From a virus (taxonomy: Duplodnaviria > Caudoviricetes), in the IMG/VR virus record IMGVR_UViG_3300046517_001147, positions 4,463 to 68,462 of that record: a DNA stretch of 64,000 nucleotides; one strand, written 5' to 3'. The notes under the pieces were generated by a model. The model saw only the letters and a program-made list of their open reading frames with translations. It was not told where the DNA came from and searched no databases. Shown here piece by piece: positions 1-8,636 of the stretch (position 1 is the first letter of the stretch; each line of letters opens with the position of its first letter). The position numbers and the translations under genes are program-made.

Positions 1-666
1 GGGATTGGCACAGGCACAGGCACTCTTTCTCTCAATCCTACGAGCATCGCCTTTGGTAACCAGGACAGCGGAACGTCCAGCAATCCGCGCTCGGTCATCT
101 TGACCAATACCGGAACCTTGACGCTGACAATTTCGAGCATTGCCTTGACCGGAACGAACGCAAATCAGTTCTCGATCGATACCAATACCTGTGGCGCGAC
201 TTTGGCGGTTTCAGCTTCCTGCTCATGGAATGTGGTGTTCTCGCCTAACTTGGTGCAAAGCAATACGGCCAGCGTAACGATAACCAGCACCGCGACGAGC
301 AGTCCAGACAATATCCCGCTGACTGGAACGGGCAGGAGTCCTACGCCTCCGTCTACTCCGGCGCCGGCTATTGTGATTGTGCGCGCCTTCCCGACCGGAA
401 GCGTACTGGTGGCAGAGAATGTAGGAGTCACGCCAAAGAACTTTCAAGTGTCCTCAACTGGTTGCTCTCAGGATGGAGTCAATTTCCAGAATCCATGCCG
501 GTTCGCGATTAGTTGCGGAAACTGCGGAAGACAAACCACGGCCCGATTTAACGGAACGGCGGTAAGCCAGTCTTTTTCCAGGGGAACGGTTACAGTCAGT
601 GTGCCGATCACTCTTTTCACCATGCCGGCACTGCCGACTGAATATCAAATCTCGCTGCTGAATTGA
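1..666 (+). CDS. 3' end (5'-truncated) of a fibre/adhesin-like protein with an ASPM-SPD-2-Hydin / choice-of-anchor-D Ig-like domain
   Basis: Frame 1 is open from base 1 (GIGTGTGTLSLNPTSIAFGNQDSGTSSNPRSVILTNTGTLTLTISSIALTG...CGATLAVSASC.W.VVFSP), the typical pattern of this domain. A Pro-rich linker and a Cys-containing C-terminal domain follow. Confidence 0.75.
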   Translation, partial: GIGTGTGTLSLNPTSIAFGNQDSGTSSNPRSVILTNTGTLTLTISSIALTGTNANQFSIDTNTCGATLAVSASCSWNVVFSPNLVQSNTASVTITSTATSSPDNIPLTGTGRSPTPPSTPAPAIVIVRAFPTGSVLVAENVGVTPKNFQVSSTGCSQDGVNFQNPCRFAISCGNCGRQTTARFNGTAVSQSFSRGTVTVSVPITLFTMPALPTEYQISLLN

Positions 667-672
667 GGATGA

Positions 673-1041
673 ATGGACGCCAACATTGTAATGACGCAAG
701 TGACCATGAGTACTTTGTTTGCCGGTGCTCTAGCATTTGCAAAATCAAAAGCATGGGTTCCTTTCTTTAACAAACATTCAGCCACGATCAACCACGTATT
801 TCTGGGAGTGACTTCTCTAGGCTCGGCTCTGGGTATTCACGCGCTCTGGAATGGAACGGACCATTCTCTGCTCATTGTCGGATTGTCTCCGTTGACAATC
901 GCGCACGGCATTTGGGAGTGGACAAAGCAGTGGTGTCTGCAATACTTGGTTCAACGCGGTGCGTTCGGTCCGGTTTCCATCCCTGGCGATGCTCCGGCCG
1001 TTCCTTCTACTCCGGTAAAGGCGGGAGAGACGAAGGACTGA
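673..1041 (+). CDS. membrane protein, holin candidate
   Basis: 122 aa with 2-3 hydrophobic segments and a charged C-terminus; at the end of the late operon facing the endolysin. Confidence 0.5.
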   Translation: MDANIVMTQVTMSTLFAGALAFAKSKAWVPFFNKHSATINHVFLGVTSLGSALGIHALWNGTDHSLLIVGLSPLTIAHGIWEWTKQWCLQYLVQRGAFGPVSIPGDAPAVPSTPVKAGETKD

Positions 1042-1059
1042 GAACCTGGAGGCCCGGAC

Positions 1060-1347
1060 GTGAATGGAAAGCTGAACCATGAAGACACGCCCGAAGGCCA
1101 GCTAGCCGCGGTCGCGGTGCTACTAGCGACCAGAATGAAAGACAATCACATAAAAAATGGCAATGGACCTTCTGAACCGGATGTAGCCGACCTGAAAGAA
1201 GTGTTGCGGCCGTTTGTCCATCGGCTGCTTATCAAAGCGCGGCTGGATGAATCGGAAAGAATTGTGGACTTTAAGCTAGAGCGCAGAGCGGACCTGGTTC
1301 GCCAGTTGTATATCTTGGAAGCGCAAATCCCCAAGGAACTACGTTGA
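1060..1347 (+). CDS. hypothetical protein
   Basis: GGAGG upstream of GTG; coupled to the next gene by a TTGA overlap. Confidence 0.55.
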   Translation: MNGKLNHEDTPEGQLAAVAVLLATRMKDNHIKNGNGPSEPDVADLKEVLRPFVHRLLIKARLDESERIVDFKLERRADLVRQLYILEAQIPKELR

Positions 1348-1568
1348 GCGAATGGAAAGTTACGGTAGTCATTTTTGCTTTGGGCATCGTTTTCGCGGGA
1401 ATCAGGACTTATTTCCAAGTACGACAACTGCGAATGGACTTGAACGGACTGGGCGGTAAGGTTCGCCGGCAACACTCTCACCAACAGACGATTGCTTTGC
1501 TGCTAATCGCTATGACCGATGATCGAGCGGAGCGGGTAAGACTGGTCGGACTACTGAAAGAAGACTAG
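1344..1568 (+). CDS. single-TM coiled-coil protein (holin/lysis accessory candidate)
   Basis: N-terminal TM VTVVIFALGIVFAGI followed by an amphipathic helix. Confidence 0.5.
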   Translation: MSEWKVTVVIFALGIVFAGIRTYFQVRQLRMDLNGLGGKVRRQHSHQQTIALLLIAMTDDRAERVRLVGLLKED

Positions 1569-2011
1569 AGCTTAGCGTACCGTTCTCTATGACGTTGGGC
1601 GTCACATGCCCTACATCGGCGTATCCAGTACGTTAGCCCGTTCCGTACTACGCTGTATCTATGCGTATTCTCTGCCGTGAACTGATGCCCTCTTTTACAC
1701 TGCGTTTGAGCTCTCTTGCGAAGAATGTCTTTTCTGTGACCTTTACTGATCGCGTCTCGGTTGTTGTCCAACGCAGTTCCAAGAAATAAATGATCGGGAT
1801 TGAAACAGCGCTTGTCGTCACAGGTATGGCAGACGTACCGCTTGTCCCGCAGTTGCATGCCAAGGAAAAGATGTGCCGATAGCCTGGAAACAGTAACGTG
1901 TGTCCCATTGAATTTTGTTCTTGGTCTGTGGGAACCTGGTCGCAACCAAATCCAACATCCGTATTCGGATAAGACGGCTCTTTTTTTAAGAGTTTCCTGC
2001 GTGTGGCTCAT
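1565..2011 (-). CDS. HNH homing-type endonuclease
   Basis: GCWIW, VCHTCDDKRCFNPDHLFLGTALDNNRD (HNH_3 motif) and a C-terminal CKRGH...CRAC zinc ribbon. Confidence 0.9.
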   Translation of the reverse strand: MSHTQETLKKRAVLSEYGCWIWLRPGSHRPRTKFNGTHVTVSRLSAHLFLGMQLRDKRYVCHTCDDKRCFNPDHLFLGTALDNNRDAISKGHRKDILRKRAQTQCKRGHQFTAENTHRYSVVRNGLTYWIRRCRACDAQRHRERYAKL

Positions 2012-2429
2012 ATCTGTAGAACCTCAGTCTACCTACGTTCAATGTGTTTTGAAAGTCGGTTTCCTTTCCCCAAGCCTTCGGAAAAGACATACTAGTATCA
2101 TGATAAAAATTGGCGCCGTCGGTGTTGTCCGGCTCATCTCCTACCAAGACAGCCGAAGCCGCTGACAAACAATCTATCCAAGCGGGAGTTGCTTCATCTT
2201 CCGGCCACACTGCGGAGTTAGGATCGTTAGGATTAAAAGAAGAAAACTGAAATGGCTTGAGGACAACGCTCGCAACGTCATGGCCCCACCAACCACCTTG
2301 TGTTGCTCGGTTCTTGATGACATGACACACAGCGCGTTTGCCGTAGAGCGTTTCTCCGCGTGCTTCGCGATAACAGCACAAGGCCATTAGAGCAACATCG
2401 GAAAGCTCTCCGTAGGGTTGGGATTCCAT
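1986..2429 (-). CDS. endolysin, SleB/Hydrolase_2 cell-wall hydrolase
   Basis: ALCCYREARGE (catalytic Glu), AVCHVIKNR, VVLKPFQFSSFN, DNTDGANFYH; ATG 2429 with GGAGG. Confidence 0.9.
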   Translation of the reverse strand: MESQPYGELSDVALMALCCYREARGETLYGKRAVCHVIKNRATQGGWWGHDVASVVLKPFQFSSFNPNDPNSAVWPEDEATPAWIDCLSAASAVLVGDEPDNTDGANFYHDTSMSFPKAWGKETDFQNTLNVGRLRFYRYEPHAGNS

Positions 2430-2445
2430 ACACCCTCCTTCCAAT

Positions 2446-2484
2446 TAAAAAGGCAAGCGCCGGGGTTGGGTAAGCGCTTGCCTT
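2446..2484 (-). terminator. rho-independent terminator between peptidase and endolysin
   Basis: 12-bp stem aaaggcaagcgc/gcgcttgccttt ending in a T-run on the minus strand. Confidence 0.6.
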
Positions 2485-2510
2485 TGGCGGTGCGGCACTA
2501 CTGGGGAAAC

Positions 2511-3311
2511 CTATTTCCAGAAACCTAAATGCTGGATCCAAGAATCCTGCACAATATCGGCGTTGGCTGCGTCGGAGTAGCGAAGCCAGAAATTTCCATA
2601 GTTTGCCCACTTGGAGCCCCACGAATTGCGGACCAGGAAACTACCTCCGTTTATGTTGTCGTCGTATCCGATTCCCAATACTTCGTGTCCACCCAAAACT
2701 TTCTCGCGGGTGTCGGGACTCCACACACCGTTTGCTGCAATGGCTTCGAAGGACTGATAGACAAGAAAGCCTATGCGGAAGTTGTAGCCGGATGCGATAC
2801 ACGACTTCATATCGTCAACGGTGGTTAGCCGGTGATACTGGCCGGTCACATACTTCTTGGCGGAGTCTAATTGCTCTTGGGTCGGCGCCGTCGTGAAGTC
2901 TCCTGAAACGTAAGGCATCTCGGAGCGCAGCGCACAACCGAATTTGTTGAGTGCCATGCAGGAAGTACGCCCGTAACTGCCGGCATCTCCTTCTGCAAGT
3001 GAGCCGTCAAGCAATCTCTCCACATAATAGATGAATGACGGTGAATACATTCCTTCCGTGCCTGGGGATACGACTTGGCCGCGACGATCTATTTCCTTCC
3101 AATGCAAATACTCGCGGTCTGCGGCTGCAGCGTGCGCGGTGCAAGAGCCTTCGTTTCCCTGGTCCAGTACCGGCCCCATTAGGTCCAGGTTATCGGTGGC
3201 GGTAGCGGTAGCGGTCAAGAGCGGCGCGCGGCCTACGCCAAAGTCGCGGAAGTCTGGCAGATCACGGTGATACCCGTATCTACGTCCTGCCGGTGATAGT
3301 TCAAGTGGCAT
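2511..3311 (-). CDS. papain-family (C1) cysteine peptidase
   Basis: VLDQGNEGSCTAHA (Gln and Cys), GGHEVLGIGYDD (His), FLVRNSWG (Asn). Confidence 0.92.
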   Translation of the reverse strand: MPLELSPAGRRYGYHRDLPDFRDFGVGRAPLLTATATATDNLDLMGPVLDQGNEGSCTAHAAAADREYLHWKEIDRRGQVVSPGTEGMYSPSFIYYVERLLDGSLAEGDAGSYGRTSCMALNKFGCALRSEMPYVSGDFTTAPTQEQLDSAKKYVTGQYHRLTTVDDMKSCIASGYNFRIGFLVYQSFEAIAANGVWSPDTREKVLGGHEVLGIGYDDNINGGSFLVRNSWGSKWANYGNFWLRYSDAANADIVQDSWIQHLGFWK

Positions 3312-3321
3312 CGGTTATCCC

Positions 3322-3936
3322 CTAGAGAATCGCCTTGGTTGGAACTTTCACATCTGCCGGTGCGGACTTGAGTACCGCGTCGAAGTCTTTCTTGAACGCT
3401 GCCGCATTGCGTTCTTTGGCGATGATCGTAACCGTAGTGCTGGAGACTTTTACCGGACCTGCGAGTTTATCCCGCGTAACTTTCATGGTCATGGACGGCG
3501 GCAAGCGATTCATAAAAGCCGCGATTGTTGACAGAACGACTTGAGCAAGGCCGGTGATGATTGAGAGTAGGCCGCCGGAAACATTCAGCGCTTCTAGGAA
3601 CGTGGTGAAGTTGTCCACGATAGCCTTGAACGCTTCTTCGACTTTGGCTAGAGCTCCGGCCGGCGGTGGCGTAGCAGACTGGTATTCCTTCACGGCCGCG
3701 GTGAGCGCAGCAAAGCCAGCTTCAATGAGAGAGATGATCGCCTGGACTGCCGGCGAGATAACGACGCCATTGCCGGTAAGCACGGTCAGAATGGAATTGA
3801 GCGCCGCTTCACCTACGGGAACCCAAGAGAGAATATCGGAGAACACATTGCAACCGGAGATGAGCAACGAACTACCGCCAGCGGCAAGAAACAAAACAAG
3901 TGAGGATATACGTGCGGTGAAAGTGCGTCGATTCAT
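3322..3936 (-). CDS. putative Tat-exported lipoprotein, amphipathic helical
   Basis: MNRRTF twin-arginine-like motif, hydrophobic core, lipobox ISG-C; AGGAG RBS; upstream extended -10 TGaTACGCT at 3962-3970. Confidence 0.65.
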   Translation of the reverse strand: MNRRTFTARISSLVLFLAAGGSSLLISGCNVFSDILSWVPVGEAALNSILTVLTGNGVVISPAVQAIISLIEAGFAALTAAVKEYQSATPPPAGALAKVEEAFKAIVDNFTTFLEALNVSGGLLSIITGLAQVVLSTIAAFMNRLPPSMTMKVTRDKLAGPVKVSSTTVTIIAKERNAAAFKKDFDAVLKSAPADVKVPTKAIL

Positions 3937-3966
3937 TGATTCTCCTTTTGGGTCGCGGGAAGCGTA

Positions 3967-4380
3967 TCACAAATCCTTTGGAGCGGGTAACATCCGTTCG
4001 GGGTTTCCGTTAATAGCTGTGTCCAATTTAGGCAGGATGTGTTGCGCGACGGTCTTTCCATCCTTGGTCACGATGTAGGGCAGGATTAGCTCGCGAAACT
4101 CCATAACGCCAGAGTTGGACGCTTCGAAAATATCTTTCATGTGATGGAATAGCACGCGCCAAATGCGACGTGTTTCTGCTTCTGGGTCACGGCTCTTTTG
4201 CTTGATGAACGCAGAGATGCGAATGGTGTAGGTCTGGCCGTCTATCGGCATCATGGCCTGAAAACCTTCCATCGGTGGTTGGGAGATGAACGCAATCCCA
4301 GTGCCCTTGTTTTTCATAATCATCTGGCGAATCTTGTCCTGGGACTTAGGGACGGCTACAACTGTATTTTCATACGCCAT
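3967..4380 (-). CDS. hypothetical phage protein
   Basis: 137-aa ORF in the tightly packed minus-strand operon. Confidence 0.65.
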   Translation of the reverse strand: MAYENTVVAVPKSQDKIRQMIMKNKGTGIAFISQPPMEGFQAMMPIDGQTYTIRISAFIKQKSRDPEAETRRIWRVLFHHMKDIFEASNSGVMEFRELILPYIVTKDGKTVAQHILPKLDTAINGNPERMLPAPKDL

Positions 4381-4591
4381 CTTTTTCCCTTACCTCGATT
4401 CCTTTGGATTTCGGCGTAGCAATGATGAACACGCCAATGTTCGGATGGTTGTCACGAACGTTCTTGAGTAGCGCGTTGGCCAATTCGTAACTAAATTTCT
4501 TCCCATCACAGACAAACAGATAGGAATGATCGGGCTTGAGTTCATAGCCTTTGACCAGGGCGGCGAGCGGTTTGTAGTCTTCTACTTTCAT
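4370..4591 (-). CDS. hypothetical protein
   Basis: ATG 4591 (MKVEDY) overlaps the stop of the upstream gene (ATGA). Confidence 0.6.
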   Translation of the reverse strand: MKVEDYKPLAALVKGYELKPDHSYLFVCDGKKFSYELANALLKNVRDNHPNIGVFIIATPKSKGIEVREKDGV

Positions 4592-4815
4592 TTTTTGTTG
4601 CTGCGAAACTCGTTGGCCTTCGGACAAACACTCCAATGCGCTTCTAGCTTCTGCGATTCGTCGTCTTCGGTTCCTGGGATAGCGGACATTGGCAGCTTCT
4701 TCCCGCGTGGTGTGGTGAACCATTGCATTTCGGCGCCGCATCCGCGACAAGCAGAGGAGCCAGTGTACTTGTAGCCTAGGCTCTCCAGGCCGTCGCGAGT
4801 GTCTGGAAAAGGCAT
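4588..4815 (-). CDS. small zinc-finger protein
   Basis: CRGC...HWSVC; coupled to both neighbours. Confidence 0.65.
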   Translation of the reverse strand: MPFPDTRDGLESLGYKYTGSSACRGCGAEMQWFTTPRGKKLPMSAIPGTEDDESQKLEAHWSVCPKANEFRSNKK

Positions 4816-5186
4816 TATTCTTTTTCTTTCTTGATGCGGACCTTCACAGTTTCTTTTTCGTGGACCATTTTTACTTCCACGCCATCGTGATTGTAGGATT
4901 CTTTTTTGTGTTTCTTCATTAGGGAGAGAAGTACATCTTTGGTTTCAACTTCTGAACTGGTCAGCTTCATCCGATCATCGCGGATGTTGGCATACTCTCT
5001 AGCCGCGTCCTCTAGCTCCTCGATCTCCGGGTCTTCCATGCCGGGAAGTCTGCTGGTCTTGCCGCGCTTCTTGTTTGCTTCGGAGAGCAGTTCCGGCTTG
5101 TGATCGTCCTCTTTCGGTCCGATTCCTTTGCGTCCGGTTTGCTTTGGCTTGTGCTTCGGGAGATAGTCCTCTACTTTTTTTGCCAA
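4815..5186 (-). CDS. hypothetical charged protein
   Basis: TTG 5186 with GGAGG RBS; own promoter TTGACC-N18-TAACTT upstream. Confidence 0.6.
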   Translation of the reverse strand: MAKKVEDYLPKHKPKQTGRKGIGPKEDDHKPELLSEANKKRGKTSRLPGMEDPEIEELEDAAREYANIRDDRMKLTSSEVETKDVLLSLMKKHKKESYNHDGVEVKMVHEKETVKVRIKKEKE

Positions 5187-5211
5187 TGAGATTCCTCCTA
5201 GGTGGAACGGG

Positions 5212-5231
5212 AGACCGCAAGTTAGCGTACT
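5212..5231. promoter_or_regulatory. putative repressor operator 1 (CGC-N6-GCG palindrome) over a leftward promoter
   Basis: agaccgc-aagtta-gcgtact; the N6 spacer is the -10 hexamer TAACTT on the minus strand. Confidence 0.6.
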
Positions 5232-5250
5232 GAAGTGTCGGAGGTCAAGG

Positions 5251-5490
5251 CTATTCTGCCAATGCTCCTGCCCACGGTTCATCTTCCCATCTACGTTGTG
5301 CAAGAAAAGTGCTCGCGTACGGGATATATATACCACCGCTTATTTGCCACTGCAGAGTTTGTTTCCAAAGCCCTAAGCCATGAACGGCCGATATTTTTTC
5401 ACTTGTGCTCATTTTGCGCCAAAGTTTCTCGGCCTTCATTCTTCCGACCTTTCTGGGGTAAATTTTCCAGAAACTCTCAAAGTCACTCAT
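5251..5490 (-). CDS. stand-alone phage replication-initiator C-terminal-like domain
   Basis: FESFWKIYPRKVGRMKAEKLW...YIPYASTFLAQRRWED, the conserved C-terminal module of phage replisome-organiser proteins; only 79 aa. Confidence 0.75.
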   Translation of the reverse strand: MSDFESFWKIYPRKVGRMKAEKLWRKMSTSEKISAVHGLGLWKQTLQWQISGGIYIPYASTFLAQRRWEDEPWAGALAE

Positions 5491-5860
5491 AAGGTAAACC
5501 CTCTCCTTCCCGCATTCTCCATAGCGGGTGACTCAACTGCATGGGAATAGTTGGCCTACACTCGCTATCGGTTCCCGCTGTTGCCGAAAGGTTGTGTAAC
5601 CTGACCAATGAGGCACAAATAAAAATTGCCCACTTGCGGTCGCCTGTTGACAGGGTGGATCAGAGCAGGACTTAGATAGTGAGCGGAAAAATAGCCCTTC
5701 ATTTGCGCAAAAGCGCCAAGAGTGACGGCCCCAGACTTGGAAAGATGCGGGAAATGTTCGCCCATTTGCCGATGGTCTTTCTCGAATTTGAAGGGTGAGC
5801 TTACCGGCGACCATCGGCAGATAATCTTACCGATAGAGCCCACCCTACGAATCCGTGATT
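5491..5860 (-). ncRNA. putative structured non-coding leader RNA (about 370 nt)
   Basis: Several 9-15 bp stems: 5837-5846/5792-5801, 5809-5819/5767-5777, 5738-5753/5507-5521; no credible ORF. Confidence 0.55.
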
Positions 5861-5865
5861 TATTT

Positions 5866-6063
5866 CTACCTCATACTTCGGTTGCGTGCAAGAAATTCTT
5901 TTTCAGCCATTCGTACCGTCCGCCGGGAAACTTCCGGCTCGATCGCGCAGACTGGACACTTCTTGGTGTCGAAGAAGACTAGCCTAGGATGGCTCCTGCA
6001 CATATTGGGCAGTTTGCGTTCGTGGATCATTTCGGCTAGGTCTGCGGAGCGCTTCTCGTTCAC
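5866..6063 (-). CDS. small Cys/His protein
   Basis: CRSH...CPVC; GTGA coupling. Confidence 0.5.
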   Translation of the reverse strand: MNEKRSADLAEMIHERKLPNMCRSHPRLVFFDTKKCPVCAIEPEVSRRTVRMAEKEFLARNRSMR

Positions 6064-6467
6064 TTCTTTTCCTCTGGTTGCGGTGGCGGTGGCTGGCGGT
6101 CGGCGTCGTGTTTAGCTTCCAGTCTGCCCATCTGCAAGCCGATGTCATGCGCTTCTTGGCAGCAAGGCGGCCATTCGTCGTCCGGCGTGCGCTCTGCGGT
6201 TTGGTGGGACTGGCTGCCCGCGTGACTGTCACCAGCCCCAATAGCAACGGTTTCAGCTACCGGGCTTTCCGTCGCTAAGGTCGTGCGTTCTGCGGTTGCT
6301 GCGGCCAGCGCGTCATAAACTCTTTTCCAAGCCTTTTGTAGCGTCAATCTGCCGTGATAGGGAGGAAATCCAGTTCCATCCTGTTTGTAGAGTTCTAAAA
6401 CTTCTACAATAGACTCTCGCAGCGCCTCACTCCCACGCGGCTGCCCTTCCTTGCGCTCGTCAGTCAC
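6060..6467 (-). CDS. hypothetical protein
   Basis: ORF coupled to both neighbours. Confidence 0.55.
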   Translation of the reverse strand: MTDERKEGQPRGSEALRESIVEVLELYKQDGTGFPPYHGRLTLQKAWKRVYDALAAATAERTTLATESPVAETVAIGAGDSHAGSQSHQTAERTPDDEWPPCCQEAHDIGLQMGRLEAKHDADRQPPPPQPEEKK

Positions 6468-6574
6468 TTGGCACGCTCCTTTAGGGCTCTAGCAATAGCG
6501 AACAGCGCGGTTGCAATGATGAACCCGCATCCAAAAATACTCAGCGCAATTTCAAATGCTCCGTTTTCGTACAC
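6464..6574 (-). CDS. 36-aa single-TM peptide (not in the ORF track)
   Basis: MYENGAFEIALSIFGCGFIIATALFAIARALKERAK; GGAG RBS; overlaps both neighbours. Confidence 0.5.
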   Translation of the reverse strand: MYENGAFEIALSIFGCGFIIATALFAIARALKERAK

Positions 6575-6831
6575 TAGCTCTCTCCTTTGGCTGTGCGCTC
6601 TAGCGCGGCGATGCGCCTATCATGCTGGCATTCGTCAAGGGTATATACACATTCCCTCTGTCCTGACCACCACCGTGCCTCACTTAGCCGCTCGGACGCG
6701 GCGAAACGGGTCAGCAGGTCGGCCAGAGCTAGGCAGGTTTCGCAGAAATAAATCGTTCCATCTGGTCCAACTCCGTGCCAATCATGTCCTAGGTATTTTG
6801 CCGCTGTTTCTAGCGCTTGTTTGGTGCTCAT
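6574..6831 (-). CDS. hypothetical protein
   Basis: RBS GAAGGA; packed operon. Confidence 0.55.
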   Translation of the reverse strand: MSTKQALETAAKYLGHDWHGVGPDGTIYFCETCLALADLLTRFAASERLSEARWWSGQRECVYTLDECQHDRRIAALERTAKGES

Positions 6832-6852
6832 TCCTTCGCCTCCAGCGCTGCT

Positions 6853-7017
6853 CTAATCTTCTTCCTTTTGCATCGCGGTGCCTTCTTCAATCCAGTATTC
6901 ATCGCAGTCAACGCACATCACTACGAGATAGTGAATTGTTGGTGGCCCAGGCATTGCGTTCGTCGTAAAATAGGCTTGAGGCACAATGTTTTCGTGCTCG
7001 CATTTCGTTTCCTTCAT
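6853..7017 (-). CDS. small zinc-ribbon-like protein
   Basis: CEH...CVDC. Confidence 0.5.
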   Translation of the reverse strand: MKETKCEHENIVPQAYFTTNAMPGPPTIHYLVVMCVDCDEYWIEEGTAMQKEED

Positions 7018-7187
7018 GGTTTCCCCTTGTCGTCCTTCAGCGCTGCCCGTATCCCCCTCAACCTGTCTATCCATGCCTGAACCATTTGGTGTGTCTGAAA
7101 CGGTGGATTGTACATGGGCGCTCGCTCGTCTCCGGCCTCGGCTAGAATGGAGTCAATCACTGCGATTACGTCTGGATCGGCTTTCAC
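7014..7187 (-). CDS. hypothetical 57-aa protein (not in the ORF track)
   Basis: MKADPDVIAVIDSILAEAG...; AGGAG RBS; GTGA and ATGA coupling. Confidence 0.5.
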   Translation of the reverse strand: MKADPDVIAVIDSILAEAGDERAPMYNPPFQTHQMVQAWIDRLRGIRAALKDDKGKP

Positions 7188-7405
7188 TGGTTCTCCTTTG
7201 CGGCTGCGTTTCTATCGAATCGCATAATGTCTTCAGCCAAAACATCCGTAAGCGGAACGAATTTATGAGTGTCGGCGTCGTGCCAGAACTTCGCTCGTAA
7301 GCAGAACCTTTCACCTTCTAAGCGAAAGCATGGCTGGCCGTCGCGCTGGCTCTCATTCCCCGCCATCAAGTTAAGTAAGACTTGCATCCAGTCAATTTCA
7401 ATCAT
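7184..7405 (-). CDS. hypothetical protein
   Basis: AAGGAG RBS. Confidence 0.55.
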   Translation of the reverse strand: MIEIDWMQVLLNLMAGNESQRDGQPCFRLEGERFCLRAKFWHDADTHKFVPLTDVLAEDIMRFDRNAAAKENQ

Positions 7406-7445
7406 GGGCGACGGCTCCTTTTAGGCAGACACAGGGCAAAGATCA

Positions 7446-7790
7446 TCACGACACCCACCGATACTCGGAAACTTGCTTTTCAATCCGCCTACGCTCGATA
7501 ATGTGCGCGCCGTTTTTCTTCTTTCGCAGATCGCGACAGGCCGAAGAGGTAGCGGTCTCGGTTCCGTGGACCACTGGCGCGAGCCTTTGTACGCTCCACC
7601 ATCCTCCTTCGGTGGACAGAACGTGTTTTACTCTCCCCATTAGGGTTTTGTTGTACTCTCCGGCAAAGTGCGGGTCGGTGCTAAGCGGTGTGGCGTCCCT
7701 GGTCGTTTCTTCCTCTGGCGGTTTACGGCGTCGGGGCTTCGCGGTCGGCCTAGGAAGCTCAAACAAATTCTTCTGTAGGGGTTTAGTCAT
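7446..7790 (-). CDS. winged-helix-like DNA-binding protein
   Basis: GGWWSVQRLA...TETATSSACRDLRKKKNGAHIIERRR...EYR pattern. Confidence 0.55.
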   Translation of the reverse strand: MTKPLQKNLFELPRPTAKPRRRKPPEEETTRDATPLSTDPHFAGEYNKTLMGRVKHVLSTEGGWWSVQRLAPVVHGTETATSSACRDLRKKKNGAHIIERRRIEKQVSEYRWVS

Positions 7791-7797
7791 GGGTTCT

Positions 7798-8178
7798 TCA
7801 ATTCCACCTAATCCGATCGTGGTGCAGCGCGGAATGTCCACTTTTGCAACCAAACGTCGTACAATCCAGGCAATCACAGTGTCTTTTGCCGTGAATCCAG
7901 TGGCCATCTTCCCAAGAAACCTGGTGGCCTTCTTCGCACACTCCGCAAAGTGCTGGATGCTCGGTATATACCGCTTCGATCTTGCCTTCGCCGTCCCGTT
8001 CTACGTGGACCTTGCCGCCTTGCCGTTCGAATACCTGAATGCGCCGTTCTGCGTGCGCTTGCACTCCGTACAGATATTCGTGCCCTTCTTTATTAAAATA
8101 CGTGTCGGTATGCCGGCGGGAGCGCAAGGCTTTCCGCGGCTTCTTCACTCGGACAGGTTTTGGAAAGTACAGGTCCAT
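7798..8178 (-). CDS. HNH/NinG-like zinc-binding protein
   Basis: RRIQVFERQGG, CGVC, HWIH, CDC..C...C..GH. Confidence 0.5.
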   Translation of the reverse strand: MDLYFPKPVRVKKPRKALRSRRHTDTYFNKEGHEYLYGVQAHAERRIQVFERQGGKVHVERDGEGKIEAVYTEHPALCGVCEEGHQVSWEDGHWIHGKRHCDCLDCTTFGCKSGHSALHHDRIRWN

Positions 8179-8636
8179 TACTCCCCCTTCCCTGCCCAGT
8201 TTCGTATGGCCTCTTTGGGCAGGTCTGCGAAGCAACTATTCAGAAACTCTATCAGGTCTTCGCTCGTTTTCAGTCCGGCAGCGCTCGCTATATGGCCTAC
8301 TGTTCCGCACCATGAGTCGGCCAGTGAACGCGGAACGCGATACCGAAGGATTGTGTCGGGTTCCGTGTTTCGTGCCTTCCTAGAGGCTGCGTAGGCGGAA
8401 AGCGTTGGTCCCTGGCCCATCTTAATGATCGCTTCCTCTGTCCATCCTTGCTCGCGTTTGTGGTGAATTGCTTCTATCTTGCGCTTGAGTGCTGCTTTGG
8501 TGGCTGCCGTAGCCTTGGCCAGTATCTCCGCTTCGCGGTCTACGTGATCGGGCTTGCAGTTGTAGGCTACAGACACAATCGCGGACCAGGCGCTACCATG
8601 CGCCGCGATGTAGGCTTGCATGGAGTTGGGTGTCAT
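8178..8636 (-). CDS. hypothetical protein
   Basis: ATGA-coupled ORF. Confidence 0.55.
   Translation of the reverse strand: MTPNSMQAYIAAHGSAWSAIVSVAYNCKPDHVDREAEILAKATAATKAALKRKIEAIHHKREQGWTEEAIIKMGQGPTLSAYAASRKARNTEPDTILRYRVPRSLADSWCGTVGHIASAAGLKTSEDLIEFLNSCFADLPKEAIRNWAGKGE

Noticed and set aside
5533-5843. Minus-strand ORFs 5533-5814 and 5565-5843 as the missing initiator N-terminus
   Set aside because: No RBS, no HTH-like sequence and not joined to 5251-5490; the region is better explained by RNA structure.
7501-8394. 297-aa + strand ORF
   Set aside because: Antisense shadow of three coupled minus-strand genes, with no motif.
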